A stretch of 64,000 nt of DNA, taken from NCBI RefSeq assembly GCF_006345805.1, contig NC_043004.1, positions 2,728,001-2,792,000 on the forward strand, read 5' to 3'. The notes under the pieces were generated by a model. It did not search any database. It was given only the letters and a program-made list of their open reading frames with translations, and was not told where the DNA came from. This document shows, piece after piece, positions 25,440 through 38,480 of the stretch. The translations under genes were made by a program, and so were the position numbers. Origin of the DNA: Octopus sinensis (taxonomy: Eukaryota). The stretch's first letter is position 1, and every line of letters starts with the position of its first letter.

Positions 25440-28060
25440 CTTTTAAATTTGAAATGCATTTACAAAGGAGTGCTTGAGCTTTTAGACTTTGAAATGAGAC
25501 AAGTTTGGTATGACTCCGCTGAAAAATACTTTCAAAGCCTCAATTCCAGGAATCAGTGAACGTTTGGCGTGTGATCCTTCATTGAGTATGGATGAGGATT
25601 GGTTGGAGAAGGTTGGAGAGGAAGGAAGTTGCATAAGAGGAGGCACAGTTAGATTTGGTGACAAAAAGAACATTGAATTATAGAAAGAACAGAGTTAATT
25701 GAAAATAGGCTAGAAATTGTTCCGTCAACACATGCTGCTGTGGTGCGACTAAAAAGAAAATTACCAGCCCAAGATATCATTCATCTACCGTAGTAGCTGA
25801 ATAACATGTTTAAGGCCGCAATTTATTCACACGCATCATCTTCAGAGCCTTGTCTTTAATTCACCTCTTAACCAAATTGAAAACTTAACATTTTTTGAAG
25901 AGGACTGGGCTGTAGCTACATTTTAGCATAAAAATAATTGAGATTTGGTCCAGTAGATGTTTACATCAAAATTTCTTGTAACGTTATAGGAGAACAAGTA
26001 ACCCTCCAATCAAGTTTAGATCTAAATAATATTTTTTTAATTTTAAAAACAACATCTTAGCTGTAATTATAGACGAAAGCATGAGGAATTTCATAGATTT
26101 GGTCCCATGCAATAAAAAATTTGTATCAAAATAGCTGTGAGGTAAAATATCATTAAAAATATATGAAAGGCAAACATTGGATTTAAGTATAATTAACTTT
26201 TTTTATTTTAAAAGCAAACTAGATTTTAATTAATCTTAAATGATAGAGCTCAATTGGAAGACGTTCTTGGTATCAATCTCATGCAATGAAGTTTTAAAAG
26301 AAAAATGTTATGAGTGTTTGATTCTCAAATTTGAGGGTGATAATATAGTTCTATATTTTTAGGAACATAATTCTATAAGGGGGCTTTTAATATATGACAC
26401 CGGCGTCATTGAGGTAAGGAAAAAATTATCAACGACATCGCTTATTGACACATTCGACACATTATTTATTAGCATAATAGTGTAACCTGGAAAAACATGG
26501 ATTACATGGGAAAATGCGAGTAAGAAAAATAATATTCTTAATATTACAAACCTGGAAAAAGTACAGTTATTATACATGGAAAAGTTCAGGACAAGTTATT
26601 TCATCTTGTAAAGTACAGAACAAGAACATTTTTACTTAAAATATTGCAGCTAAAGATAAAATTTGAATATCAAAATTATTTGATTTTAATTTACAAAGTA
26701 ACATTATAATTAACAAAGGGACCACCATTTTGTTAAAATATTGACACACTAGAATACTTAAAAAATGAGAGCTAGAAGTACCAATATAGCTAAAGTTTTA
26801 TGCAAAATAGAATAGTAAAAATGGTAGGCAAATTCATTATGTAAAAAACAGGCAATGGGTCAAGACTAAAAATGTGAAGACTTGGCAAGAACTTAGGCAA
26901 TAACTCGGGCAAATTTTACTGTGAATTTCTTGTTATAGGTAGATTCAACTGTAATATATAACTAATTTTTGTATTATTTTATTTATTGTAATAGGTAATT
27001 CTGTACTACTATTATTTGTATAACCTATTTTCAAACTTCTAATAATCAATTAATAATTAAACAATGAATTTGTTAAAATGCAAAAAATATTTTAACTGAT
27101 CTTTTTATTATTTTTAATAGAAGTAACAAGTAATAACACATAGAAGTAATAACTTGTAATAACATTTTTAGTTTTACTAACAGCTAATATTTTCTAAATC
27201 AAAATATTTTATTTAAAAATTTTATCCTTAGCTGCAATATTTTAAGTAAACATTTTCTTGTTCTGTACTTTACCAGATGTTACAACTTGTCCTGAACCTT
27301 TCCAAGTGTAATAACTTGTCCTGTACTTCTCCAGGTTTATAATGTTAAGAATATTCCTTTTTTTGCTCGCATTTTCCATGTAATATCATATTAACAGAGC
27401 CTGTAGATGAGACGTTTTCGGACGCCAAATACTATCAAACATTTTGATGCTATCAAGGGCAACAGCATTGCTTTCACCGAAATTCTGTAAATTGTAAGGT
27501 CATTGGTGAGGGACATAAACGGCAGGTCTCCAGTAGATCTGCTTCTGCGCAAACTGTAAAAGTGATTACTGAAGGAAGAGATAAATTGAAGACTTTAGAG
27601 AACATCAATCTTAATGGCTCTCTGATCTGCAAACCTACTGGCCGCCAATGTCAAGATACATTCCAGTAGAGAATGAAAGATTAAAGAGCTGGGTGTTTAT
27701 AGGGTCAATGGAGGGAAGTTAAATCCAGTGGTTTTTGTTGATTTGAAGCAAGTCGAGATATTTCCTCAGTTGAGGACTGAGTGCAGTAAAAAGGGACGGA
27801 TTTGATGATAATTGACCAAAGATCTATTCTTTAGACTTGGATGCAAAGCGGGCAGTGGATGTAGAGTGTTTCTCTTTAGGAATACGGCTTACAGAACTAT
27901 TGGTACTGGGAAGAGGAGAGAAATATAATTACGTGGTATATTCAGCCAACCGTACCATTTCTTTTGTAAAGTACGGTATTTGGAGTGATGGAACAGAACG
28001 TAATGTTTGTAAAGAACTGCGCAATAACAATTATAACAATTCAAGCATCACCTGAAGCTA
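25440..28060 (+). pseudogene. Unidentified decayed coding-like island
   Basis: About 3 kb with no microsatellites. Broken peptide-like frames and a 51-nt AG..GT exon-like block at 26363-26413 (EHNSIRGLLIYDTGVIE). Many stops; no family recognised. Confidence 0.25.
26501..27384. mobile_element. Foldback/MITE-like element with ~190-bp imperfect inverted arms
   Basis: 26501-26687 aligns to the reverse complement of 27196-27384, e.g. GTAAAGTACAGAACAAGAA..TTTACTTAAAATATTGCAGCTAA. The arms contain ~28-bp subrepeats around CAGGACAAGTT. Confidence 0.8.
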
Positions 28061-28589
28061 AATCACATTCTTTATAGTATTAATGACCTCAGGTAAGGCA
28101 TGATCTTCACATCAGAATATCTTTGGTTGATACGAAATTAAGATTTATTTTCTCACGTAATTGTAGACGTTTGATGGGATGGGGTCACCTAAACTTATCG
28201 TTAAGACTTACATTAATGGAGGGCAGACAGTGTTGTTTTGTGTGACCTATCAGTTAGAAAATCACAAGTTTCTGAATGATAGGTCACAGAATACATTAAT
28301 CCTGGAGATAAGCTATACTTATAGGATAACATCAAATAACAGCTAACAAGGACATGAAGCATAATAGATATGCAAATGTGTCACAATGTAATTTTATCGA
28401 TGTAAACAACATCATATTATACAAACCAATGAACAGAACCTATGCGTGGTTGCAGACATAGCAACCAAATCAGCCTCAACTCATGCCATACTATCTTAAA
28501 AAATGAAAAGTTCATTAAACAAGGTAGTCTTTGGTATATAAATATTTATATTCTGTCAAATCTATCAGCAATATTAACATTTTATATAT

Positions 28590-28812
28590 GTTTGTGTCTG
28601 TGATTGTTCCCCACCATCGCTTGACAACCGATGCTGGTGTGTTTACGTCCTCATAACTGAGCGGTTCGGCAAAAAGAGACCGAGAGCATAAGTAATAGTC
28701 TTACAAAGAATAAGTCCTGGGGTCGATTTGCTCTACTAAAGGCGGTGCTCCAGCATGGCCACAGTCAAACAGCTGAAACAAGTAAAAGATTAAAAGATTA
28801 AATGATTAAAAG
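28590..28812 (+). mobile_element. SINE family A, 3' half
   Basis: CCACCATCGCTTGACAACCGATGCTGG...GCATGGCCACAGTCAAA...GTAAAAGATTAAAAG. Confidence 0.9.
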
Positions 28813-29917
28813 ATATGGTGGCGATCGTAGTATATCCCATTTCCTAACAACATTTCTCTTTGTTACTTCCACAAGGCATCAGGAGAAGTCTTGGTTTTTC
28901 CATCATCGCTTTCAGTGGACTGACAGAATAATTACAGAATCGAACAGTTTACCTCATCATATTCGTCTCGGCTCTTAACGACATGGGTTCAAATCCTACC
29001 CTGGTACTCATGTTTTTCAGCAGCAGATTATGTCTCCTTCCCACGTAGGCCACAGCGAATATTGAAATCCGAAACCAAGGCTCCGTAACAGACTCTGCCA
29101 AATATCCCACTTGATGCTCTTACATTTGCGCCCGTCTACCATTCTAGACTGGTTCTTTAATTTTTTACCTTAGAAGATGTAAAGCAAAATCGATAACGTG
29201 GCGATTGAACCCAGAACGAATGAAAAACTTGAATAAATAGGAAAGGATTTTGTTCAATGCTCAAATGATTCAGCCAATTAATTTTTGTAGCAGACACCTA
29301 TGTATTCTCTAAAGATGAAGTCAATCGTTATATATTATTGTAAACATGATTTCCAAAACATCTAAATCAAAGAAAAAGAGCGTGGGCAACGCAGAGAAGA
29401 ACATATGGTGCATTTGGTGCACACTTATCAGAGACTTACTAAAGGAACGAGATTAGATCATCATGGTAATTACACCTAAGTAAAAAAAAGAAAAGAAAAT
29501 GACAAGAGTTCATAAGGAGAAATCAAAAAGTGCGATTGACGTGATGTGGTGTAGAATCTAACGTTTTAAGATTTGTCATTTGTCTGGAAGAGAAAATGGC
29601 GTCATCGTTTGGTGTGTGGACGAGGAAATGAAATAAATAATTTATCAATCTAAAATCTATACATCTAAACGAAACTACATTCGGTATATATAGTAGACAA
29701 ATGCCGGTCCACTCATTGCCCATATTCTAACAAAAACAAAACTTAACGTAGGTACGCGATAATAAATTTACTTCCCAACCACACGATCCAGGGTTCAAGT
29801 CCCACTGCGTGCAACCTTGGGCAATTGTCTTCTACTACGGCCTCGGTCCGACAAAAGGCTTTTGAGTAGATTTGGTAGAAGGAAACTGAAAGAATTCGTA
29901 TATATATTTATATATAT

Positions 29918-30182
29918 AGGGCAGCAGACTCGCGGTCGTAGGATCGCGGTTTCGATTCCCAGACCGGGTGTTGTGAGTGTTTATGGAGCGAAAACACCTA
30001 AAAGCTCCACGAGGCTCCGGCAGGGGGTGGTGATCCCTGCTGTACTCTTTCACCACTCTTTCTCCCACTCTTTCTTCTGTTGGCCTGCTCGCTTAGCCAG
30101 CGGGGTGGCGTCATTCGAAGGCTAAAACAATGCGAATGCATTGTGACCAGCGATGTGTAACTACATCTGATGGACTGGTCGG
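29918..30182 (+). mobile_element. SINE family C variant with an alternative 3' end
   Basis: Shares GGGCAGC(G/A)GACTCGCGGTCGTAGGATCGCGG...CTGTACTCTTTCACCAC with 17667-18041, then diverges to GGCCTGCTCGCTTAGCCAGCGG...CATCTGATGG. Confidence 0.85.
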
Positions 30183-30495
30183 AAAAAAATATATATATAT
30201 ATTTATATAAAAGATATGAGGACAGAAATCCTTCAGAGGGATATCAAACATCCAAGATTATTGTTTGTTCGTTCCCGTCTGGGCTATGACAGGTCTTTCT
30301 ATATTTTTGCTGGTCGTAATTATCCATTCCTGACGAAGAATCTAATTTATATTTCAAAGAGACTAGCTTCTTTTTGTCTTTGGAATTAATTAGATTCCGA
30401 AACAGTTTGTAGAATTTATATTGGATCTGTACCAACCTGAATTATGAATTAAAAATCGTCAACACATACAATTTTTTATTTCCTTATACTTCATT

Positions 30496-30526
<31 letters not shown>

Positions 30527-30529
30527 TCA

Positions 30530-30828
30530 CACAGACCGGGCGTTGTGAGTGTTTATTCAGCGAAAACATGTAAAACTCCACTAGACCCCGGCAGAGGATG
30601 GTGGTGAAGTCTGCTGTATTATTTCACCACATTTTCACTCTTCCTTCCTGTTTGTGTTTTACTTGTATTTCGAAGGGGCCAGCTTTGTCACGCTGAATCT
30701 CCCCGAGAACTACTTTAAGGGTACACGTGTCTGTGGAGTGCTCAGCTGCTTGCACGCTAATTTCACAAGCAGGCTGTTCCGTTGATCGGATCAACTAGAA
30801 CCTTTGTCGAGGTAACCGCCGGAGTGCC
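30530..30828 (+). mobile_element. SINE family C, 5'-truncated
   Basis: CAGACCGGGCGTTGTGAG...ACGTGTCTGTGGAGTGCTCAGC...GATCGGATCAAC...GGAGTGC. Confidence 0.88.
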
Positions 30829-30858
30829 CCGATATATATATGTATATATATATATATA

Positions 30859-30906
<48 letters not shown>

Positions 30907-31197
30907 TGTGTGTGTGTGCGTGTGTATGCGTGTATGTGTGTGTGTATGTGTGCGTATGCGTGTGCCTTTGTGTGTGTCCCCACACATTTTGACAACCAAT
31001 GTCGATGTGTTTACGTCCTCGTAACTTAACGGTTATGCAAAAGAGACGGATAGAATATGTATTAGTTCCCTCCTAAAATGCAAATACTGTGTCGATTCAA
31101 TCAACTAAAAATTTTTCAATGTGGTGCTCCTCTATGGCCGCTGTCTAATGACTGAAACTAGTAAAATATAAACGATAAAAACATATCTTTAAAATGT

Positions 31198-31990
31198 TCA
31201 TTTCTATTCTAGGCACAAGGCCCGAAATTTTTTGTGTGGATGGGGCTTCGATTAAATCGACCCCAGTATGTAATAGGTACTTAATTTATCGATCCCGAAA
31301 GGATGGAAGGTAAAGTCAACCTCGGCGGAATCTGAACTCAGAACGTAAGGGCAGACAAAATACCACAAATCATTCGGCCCGGCGTGCTAACGTTTCTGCC
31401 ACCTCGCCGTTACTTATTTCTTTACTGCCCACAAAGAGCTAAACACAGAGAGGACAAACAAGGACAGACAAATGGATTAAGTAGATTATATCGACCCTAG
31501 TGCGTAACTGGTACTTATCTAATCGACCCCGAAAAAATGAAAGGCAAAGTCGACCTCGGCGGAATTTGAACTCAGAACGTAACGGCAGACGAAATACCTA
31601 TTTCTTTATTACCCAAAAGGGGCTAAACTTAGAGGGGACAAACAAGGACAGACATAGGTATTAAGTCGATTACATCGACAACCCCAGTGCGTAACGGCAG
31701 ACGAAATACCGCTAAGCATTTCACCCGGCGTGCTAACGTCTCTGCCAGTTTGCCACCTTAAACTAGTAAAATATTCCTTTCTACTCTAACCACAAGGCCT
31801 AACATTTGGGGGAGGGTTCCAGTCGATTTAGATCGACCCCAGTACGCATGATGGTACTTAATTTATTGATCCCGAAAGAATGAAAGGCAAAGTCGACCTC
31901 GGCGGAATTTGAACTCAGAACGTAAAGACAGACGTAATACCGGTAAGCATTTCGCCCTGTGTGCTAATGTTTGTGCCTACTCGCCACTTT
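31198..31990 (-). mobile_element. SINE family B multimer (four or more full or partial units)
   Basis: Repeated central domains. Flanked by AT(A/G)TCTTTAAAAT(G/A)TT at 31182-31197 and 31991-32006. Confidence 0.88.
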
Positions 31991-33301
31991 ATGTCTTTAA
32001 AATATTGAGACAAGATGGTCACGTCTGGAGCAAGCATAGATCTAGTGCTTCACAGCTGACGTGGTTTTGAGCAACAACATCAGTAACAATACCGTCTTCA
32101 ATAAAATACTTTAGTGATAAATTAATCAATCACTAAGTGTTTTACATGTTCGGCAAGTTTATCCCCTGCCGAGTTGGGTTCACCAACTGGTGTTCCATTA
32201 CTAGCTGAGCAATAAATTACTTCGTTTACGCTTGTAATACTGTTTCAGACGAACATGAATGTACTACATACTCAGTCTGGTCAGAACATGGTTGACACGA
32301 CAGGAAACCAGTAACAGGAACCGTTAAGAATATGTGTGGAAATAATTGCACGAGTACTTACGTGTGTTAAGCGGGGTTGGTGATGTACGTGTTTTAAGGA
32401 ACAATGAAAACAAGAAAATGTTAACTGAAATCAGAAGCTATACCAAATAGAATTTGTTTATTTTATGAGCCGGAAAAACAGTATCATAGGCTATGCTGAA
32501 GTTCCACCATTAACGAGGTTTCTAATTAAAGTAATTAAAAGTATAAATAGACAGAAAAAAAAAGCGGCATGATGTTGTAAGGAGGAAAGAAAGAGCTTCA
32601 AGAGTGCTTCTCGCAGAAGGAGAAGCTGCATGGCAGGGCTTGTTAGAATTGAGCCGGGAAAGACAAATTGCCAGTTCTTAAGAAAGTTCTAAATTTGACT
32701 TGAATATTTAAAACAAATCAACACGCAGCAGAGACGTATGAATTACACAGATACAAACTATATTTTGTCTCGTCAAAAATAAAGAGCAAGTTCAAAATAT
32801 TGCCCCTATATCTTAAGTGGTGAGAGCTGGTATGTATATCAAGCTGAGAGCAATTGAGCTAGACGATTAGGAAGTAAAGAAGCGACAGAGAATTAAGAAG
32901 AAATGGAGGCAATTTAACGGATGAAAATAACTGACAGGATTTAAGTGAAAATTAAATGTAAAAGTATACAGGGACTGGCATATATTATCAGACTTATGGA
33001 CGCAAAAAAAAAATCCAACATACATGGTATTACAGGTGATTTATACAAGTACATACACGTACATACTCACACACACACACACACACACTCTCTCTCTCTC
33101 TCTCTCTCTCTCAGTTTTACATATATAGACAGACATGTATCGAGAAAAACAAGTATTCAACTAACACACACGCACATATATATATCCAAACACTTAATTT
33201 TGCACAATGCACAAGGACACATATGTACTTGTCTATACCTCTGTATATAATGATTAGATATGTATATCTAAAACTAAATATGAATATATGTGTGCGTGGG
33301 G

Positions 33302-33406
<105 letters not shown>

Positions 33407-33480
33407 GTGTGTATATATATATATACACGCATACACAAACACGCGCACACACATGCATATATTCATATAAATATATAATA

Positions 33481-33750
33481 CAGGGTGTTCGGGCTAAATT
33501 TGACGATTTATGTATCTTTCTTTTCTTTTAGAAGTGCTTGGTGTATTCGTGAACAGTGAACGGCGTTGGAGAGCATTAAAAAATTAGACTGTTGCTGAGA
33601 AAAAGTTAGCAGACATGGAGGTCCAGAAGCGATCAGAATATTGGAAAAAGAGTTGCCTGTATCATGATGATTCGCAGCGTGTATCACAACGCCACGCTGT
33701 GTAAACACTGGAAATACGGAGCTCAAGTGCATGGTTACACTAAACGCCAT
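33481..33750 (+). mobile_element. 5' end of a Tc1/mariner-superfamily (ITm) element, decayed
   Basis: TA|CAGGGTGTTCGGGCTAAATTTGACG is a TIR-like start. The following frame MEVQKRSEYWKRVACIMMIRS resembles an N-terminal transposase start. No catalytic region is present. Confidence 0.45.
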
Positions 33751-34746
33751 ATACAAGGCAGAAATAACTTTAGTATCTCAACCTTCCACATTGCTTTATC
33801 AATGATTAGACATCTTCCAGCCTTGTATGTTATATGATAGTTTCAAAGTGAAGAAATAATCTACAAGAAGGCAGGGATTTTTTTTAATGCAACTGGGATT
33901 TATAAGTTAGGGGCTGGTGATTCGATGGAAAATCTTTGTAACCGAAATTCACTGAATTTTCTTGGAATTTTAATTTTCTTAGCATTCTAAATAATTTGTT
34001 AGTGCAAGGAAGCCTGTAAGACCCGTGAAATGTGGAAATCTTGAGGTGGTGGTACTCACATACCTTATACATCAAGGATTCAGTAATCTTGAAAGTTCTT
34101 CGGCAAGAAATTTAAATTACTGCAAGCAAGGTGGGTAAGTGTGAGAGCATGACAGTTTGTTATGGCAACATAGAAACCACCTTGGAACAGGTGATAAAAA
34201 TCAATCATCGGAATCAGAAACGCAATAACTGACAAAGCCGAAGGACCAGGGAAGAGTTTAAAATATTACGTAATTATGAAGTACACCCGATTTTCCAAGT
34301 GTACAATGAGTTGAGACTGTGACATGATGGCGGTCAGCACTCTGAAATATATAAGGTCTCCAGTATAATGTCTTTCTACCCGACTGTAAAATCAGTACGT
34401 AGCATTATAAGCGTTGTGTTATGCGGTTGCTTTGGGTATTGCGTATATATTTCTTGTATAAGGTATAAATAATATTGAATCCTACAAACAATTTAGTCAG
34501 ACGACCGACAGAGAGCAAAATTGCTCAAAGAGACCGATGGGTTAAAAACACAAGACTTTGATTACGATGTCGCTGTTTCGACTTCATTTGTTCTCTTCGG
34601 TGTCGAAAGTTCTGATAGATGATTGTTCCAATATAGAAATCGATACAGCAAAAGAATCTTTTACTGATTTGCGGTAGACGAGTCAAGTCAAAATTAAATT
34701 AATAAATGCATTTGGAGCATACAAATACATACATATATATATATAT

Positions 34747-35142
34747 GTGGGTCACTGGTAAGAAGTTTTCTTCCCAACCACACGATTCCGAGTTCAATCC
34801 CACTGTATGGCAACTTGCGCAAGTGTCTCCTACTATAGCTAAGGCTTGACTAAAGCCTTGTGAGTGAATTTGATAGATGGAAACTGAAAGAAGCCTGTCG
34901 CATTTGTAAATGTGTGTGCGTGTATACATTTGCATGTGTGTTTTCTCCTACCACCGCTTGACAACCGGTGTTAGTGAGTTTACACATCTGTAACTTAGCG
35001 GTTCGGCAAAGGAGAAGTTAGAATAAGTATCAGACTTTAAAAAAATATGACCTGGAGTCCATTCATTTGATTAAAAATACCCTCAAGAGGCTGCTACAGC
35101 ATGGCCGCCATTTAATAACTGAAACAAGTAAAATGTAAAAGA
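34747..35142 (+). mobile_element. SINE family A, degenerate full length
   Basis: Head, CORE-like block, (TG)n and tail GCATGGCCGCC...GAAACAAGTAAAATG. Confidence 0.85.
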
Positions 35143-35161
35143 TACATAGATATACTGTATA

Positions 35162-35203
<42 letters not shown>

Positions 35204-35253
35204 TATACAGTATATATATATAATATATATAAATACACACACACACACGCATA

Positions 35254-35317
35254 CGGGGCTGAAGTCTACTGCGGCATCTTCTAACTGATGCCGGAGCAGA
35301 GTTCAGCCCCGGCATCC
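35254..35317. other. GC-rich 25-bp stem-loop
   Basis: CGGGGCTGAAGTCTACTGCGGCATC / 8-nt loop / GATGCCGGAGCAGAGTTCAGCCCCG, with 3 mismatches. Confidence 0.85.
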
Positions 35318-35436
35318 GAAACTCTCAGTTTTTTTATGACAACCAACTATATATATACATACATAAATACAATACATACATATAAGTAAATATATATGTA
35401 TATACATATAAGTAAATATATATATATATTATATAT

Positions 35437-35488
<52 letters not shown>

Positions 35489-35915
35489 GATATTATATAT
35501 ATATATATATAACATATGTATATATATATATATATATATATAAAGAATATGTATGTCTATCTCTCTATTTATACGTACATACATACATACATGTACATAT
35601 ATGAAAAAAGGATAAATACGTAGCAAATGTCTGTAGATGTTTCATGTTAATGAAATATTATTTTCTGTTGGGACCAACTTTCTAAACCGATGCACAAGTT
35701 GCCTATTAATAGTCGTAATAAGAATAAGCTGCAAAGCTAATCACATGACAGCGTAAAGAAAATATATCTGTCCCTACTTCCAATTGTTATTTCAAACTCT
35801 TATTTCTTCCTCTCACTTCAAGATTCTGAAAATATACTCCGTCATGAATCATACTATTTTTGATATTTTTCATGCCGTGATTTCATTTCATGTTCTATAT
35901 GTTATATGTACGAAC

Positions 35916-36030
<115 letters not shown>

Positions 36031-36562
36031 TGTGAGTGTGTGTGTGCGTGCTTGTGTGAATCAGTGTGTGTGCATATTTGTGAAGATGTGTGCCTATTTG
36101 CAACGGATGACTTTTAAAGTATCTACTCCATTATCATTTTTTACGATAAAATATTTTCTATGTCCTGTCCAACTTACTGCTTTTACACCTGTAAAATACT
36201 TTATGCTTACTCGCCTCTACATACATATATGTGTTTCGAAAGAATCTAGGTGGTCGTAGACAAGAGCGGATTGTGTTGAACACAGCTATTTACGGATATA
36301 AATTATAGTAAGCTATAAGCCATCACTGACTGGAGACACGCACAGCCCGGGACATAAACGTAGCTATCAATATAAGTTTGGAGTCAATTATTTCTTAAGA
36401 CTGTCTTTAAATGAAAACCAAAAACCTTGAATTCGCTTTTCCATCACTGCTACTGCAACAGGATTCTTAATACACTGTACAGCGATATATACGTGTGCGT
36501 GTGTGCATCTGAATGTGTGTCTATGAATGCATACATGTGAGTGTTTTCGCATACATGCATAT

Positions 36563-36606
<44 letters not shown>

Positions 36607-37331
36607 ATAAAGATATATATATATGTATGTATGTATGTATGTATTATGCATGTATGTATGTATGTGTGTATGTATGTGTGTATATGATACATGTCTTTTT
36701 TGTGTTTAGTTAATTCTTCATTTTCGTATTTTTCAATTTCTGTTCATTTTGTTCATTTTGTTTTTTCTAAAAGATTTCCGTAGGTTTAAGACAAATACAC
36801 CGTTCCCAAATATTTTTCAAAAAGATAAAGAGAAATATTATATGATCAAAATTATCTCTAATTCATGTCACATGTTTTTATATTACTCGCATTCCAGCTA
36901 AAATTAGTCCCAAAATGGATAACTTAAAACCGTCGGAAACAAACAAAAATTAGTGTTATGTTTCGAACACGACTATAACAAAATATTCCAAAAGACATCA
37001 TTAAATGTTTCTATAAAATAGAGATACGTGTAAAATAATAATTATTTCTAACGTAGAACCACAACCAAACGATTTTTGAGACTATGACCTATCGATGTTG
37101 GAATGAGGATCGATATGCGCAATAAGGAGAAACGAAGTTGAAATTCATCGTATTTGAACACCGAACGTTAAGATCCAAAGTATGTCACACATTTGGTATG
37201 ATACTCAAGCGACTGTACCAATCCACCTCCCAGTTTACCGATAACAACATTAATAATAATAAGGACAACAACCACAACAACCACAACAACAACAACAACA
37301 ACAACAATAATAATAATAATAATAATGATAC

Positions 37332-37438
<107 letters not shown>

Positions 37439-37440
37439 TT

Positions 37441-37630
37441 CTTTTCTACTAACGGCACAAGGCTTGGAATTTGGTAAAGGGGACTACTCGACTACATCGA
37501 CCTCAGTTTTCGACTGGTCCTTATATTATCGACCCCGAAAGGATGAAAAGCACAGTCAAGTTCAGTGGCGTTTGAACTCAGAACATTAAGACAGGCGAAA
37601 TAACGCTGTACATTTTGTCCGGCGAGCTAA
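37441..37630 (-). mobile_element. SINE family B whose tail abuts (AAT)n at 37250-37440
   Basis: Family motifs present. The head is cut off where the mariner fragment begins. Confidence 0.85.
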
Positions 37631-38090
37631 GTTGTGAAGTTCTAGTTCATTCCTGATATTTATAGTAGTGGTTGGAAGGAAGGTGTGTAGCGTGTGATCG
37701 TCGCAATGACCATGACAGAGAAAGTTGTCATGACGATACCTGCTCAGAGGCCTATGCAATGTTGCAGAACGTGTATGGAGAGGAGTGTATGAGCCGCACA
37801 CAAGTGTACGAGTGGTTCAGATGATTCCAAAATGGCCGAAGAAATGTCGATATTGACGAACGTTCTGGGAGACCAGTAACCAACAGAACCGAGAAAAACA
37901 TCGCAGATGTGAGTGCAGCTGTGAGGAAACGTCGTCGAATCACCATCCGTGAGTTATCAGAGGATCCGCAGATTAGTTACAGTTCAGTTCAGTCCATTAT
38001 CACTGAAGATTTGGGTATGAGACATCTCTACCAAGTTTGTGCCAAATCTACTTTCAGCTGACCAAGAGGACACTTGGGTTTAAATTGCAC
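37631..38090 (+). mobile_element. Mariner transposase N-terminal (HTH) pseudogene fragment
   Basis: EAYAMLQNVYGEECMSRTQVYEWFR*FQNGRRNVDIDERSGRP...RRITIRELSED..ISYSSVQSIITEDLGM, then a frameshift to KFVPNLL (WVPxxL-like motif). Confidence 0.9.
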
Positions 38091-38126
38091 AATATCATCT
38101 TATTGATCAGACCTCGGATATGTATA

Positions 38127-38162
<36 letters not shown>

Positions 38163-38214
38163 TGTATGTATGTATGTATGTATGTATGTATGTTTCTATG
38201 TATGTGTGTATATG

Positions 38215-38428
38215 TTTGTGTGTCTGTGTTTGCCCCCCCACATCGCTTGACAACCGATTGTGGTGTGTTTACGTCCCTTTAACTTAGTAGTTCGGCAAAA
38301 GAGACTGATAGAATAAGTACTAGGCTTACAAATTATAAGATCTGGGGTCGATTTGCTCGATCGACTAAAGGCGGTGTTGCAGCATGGCTACAATCAGATG
38401 ACTGAAACAAGTAAAAGAGTAAAAGAGT
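38215..38428 (+). mobile_element. SINE family A, 3' half
   Basis: CATCGCTTGACAACCGA...GGGGTCGATTTGCTCGA...GACTGAAACAAGTAAAAGAGTAAAAGAG. Confidence 0.9.
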
Positions 38429-38447
38429 ATATATATAAATATATATA

Positions 38448-38480
<33 letters not shown>

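Larger units (their letters stand above)
29745..31170 (+). mobile_element. SINE family A split by nested insertions: head about 29745-29900, 3' half about 30965-31170
   Basis: Head and 3' half match the family consensus. Two family C copies and unique DNA lie between them. That the halves belong to one element is inferred. Confidence 0.6.

Noticed and set aside
27680-27900. ELGVYRVNGG (RhoGAP-like) and DVECFSLGIRLTELL (kinase- or GAP-like) motifs
   Set aside because: They are short matches in different frames amid many stops, and the flanking residues do not continue either domain. No gene call was made.
31198-31990. Regularly recurring motifs resembling a CRISPR or satellite array
   Set aside because: The units are SINE monomers of unequal length with no unique spacers, in a eukaryotic context with no cas genes.
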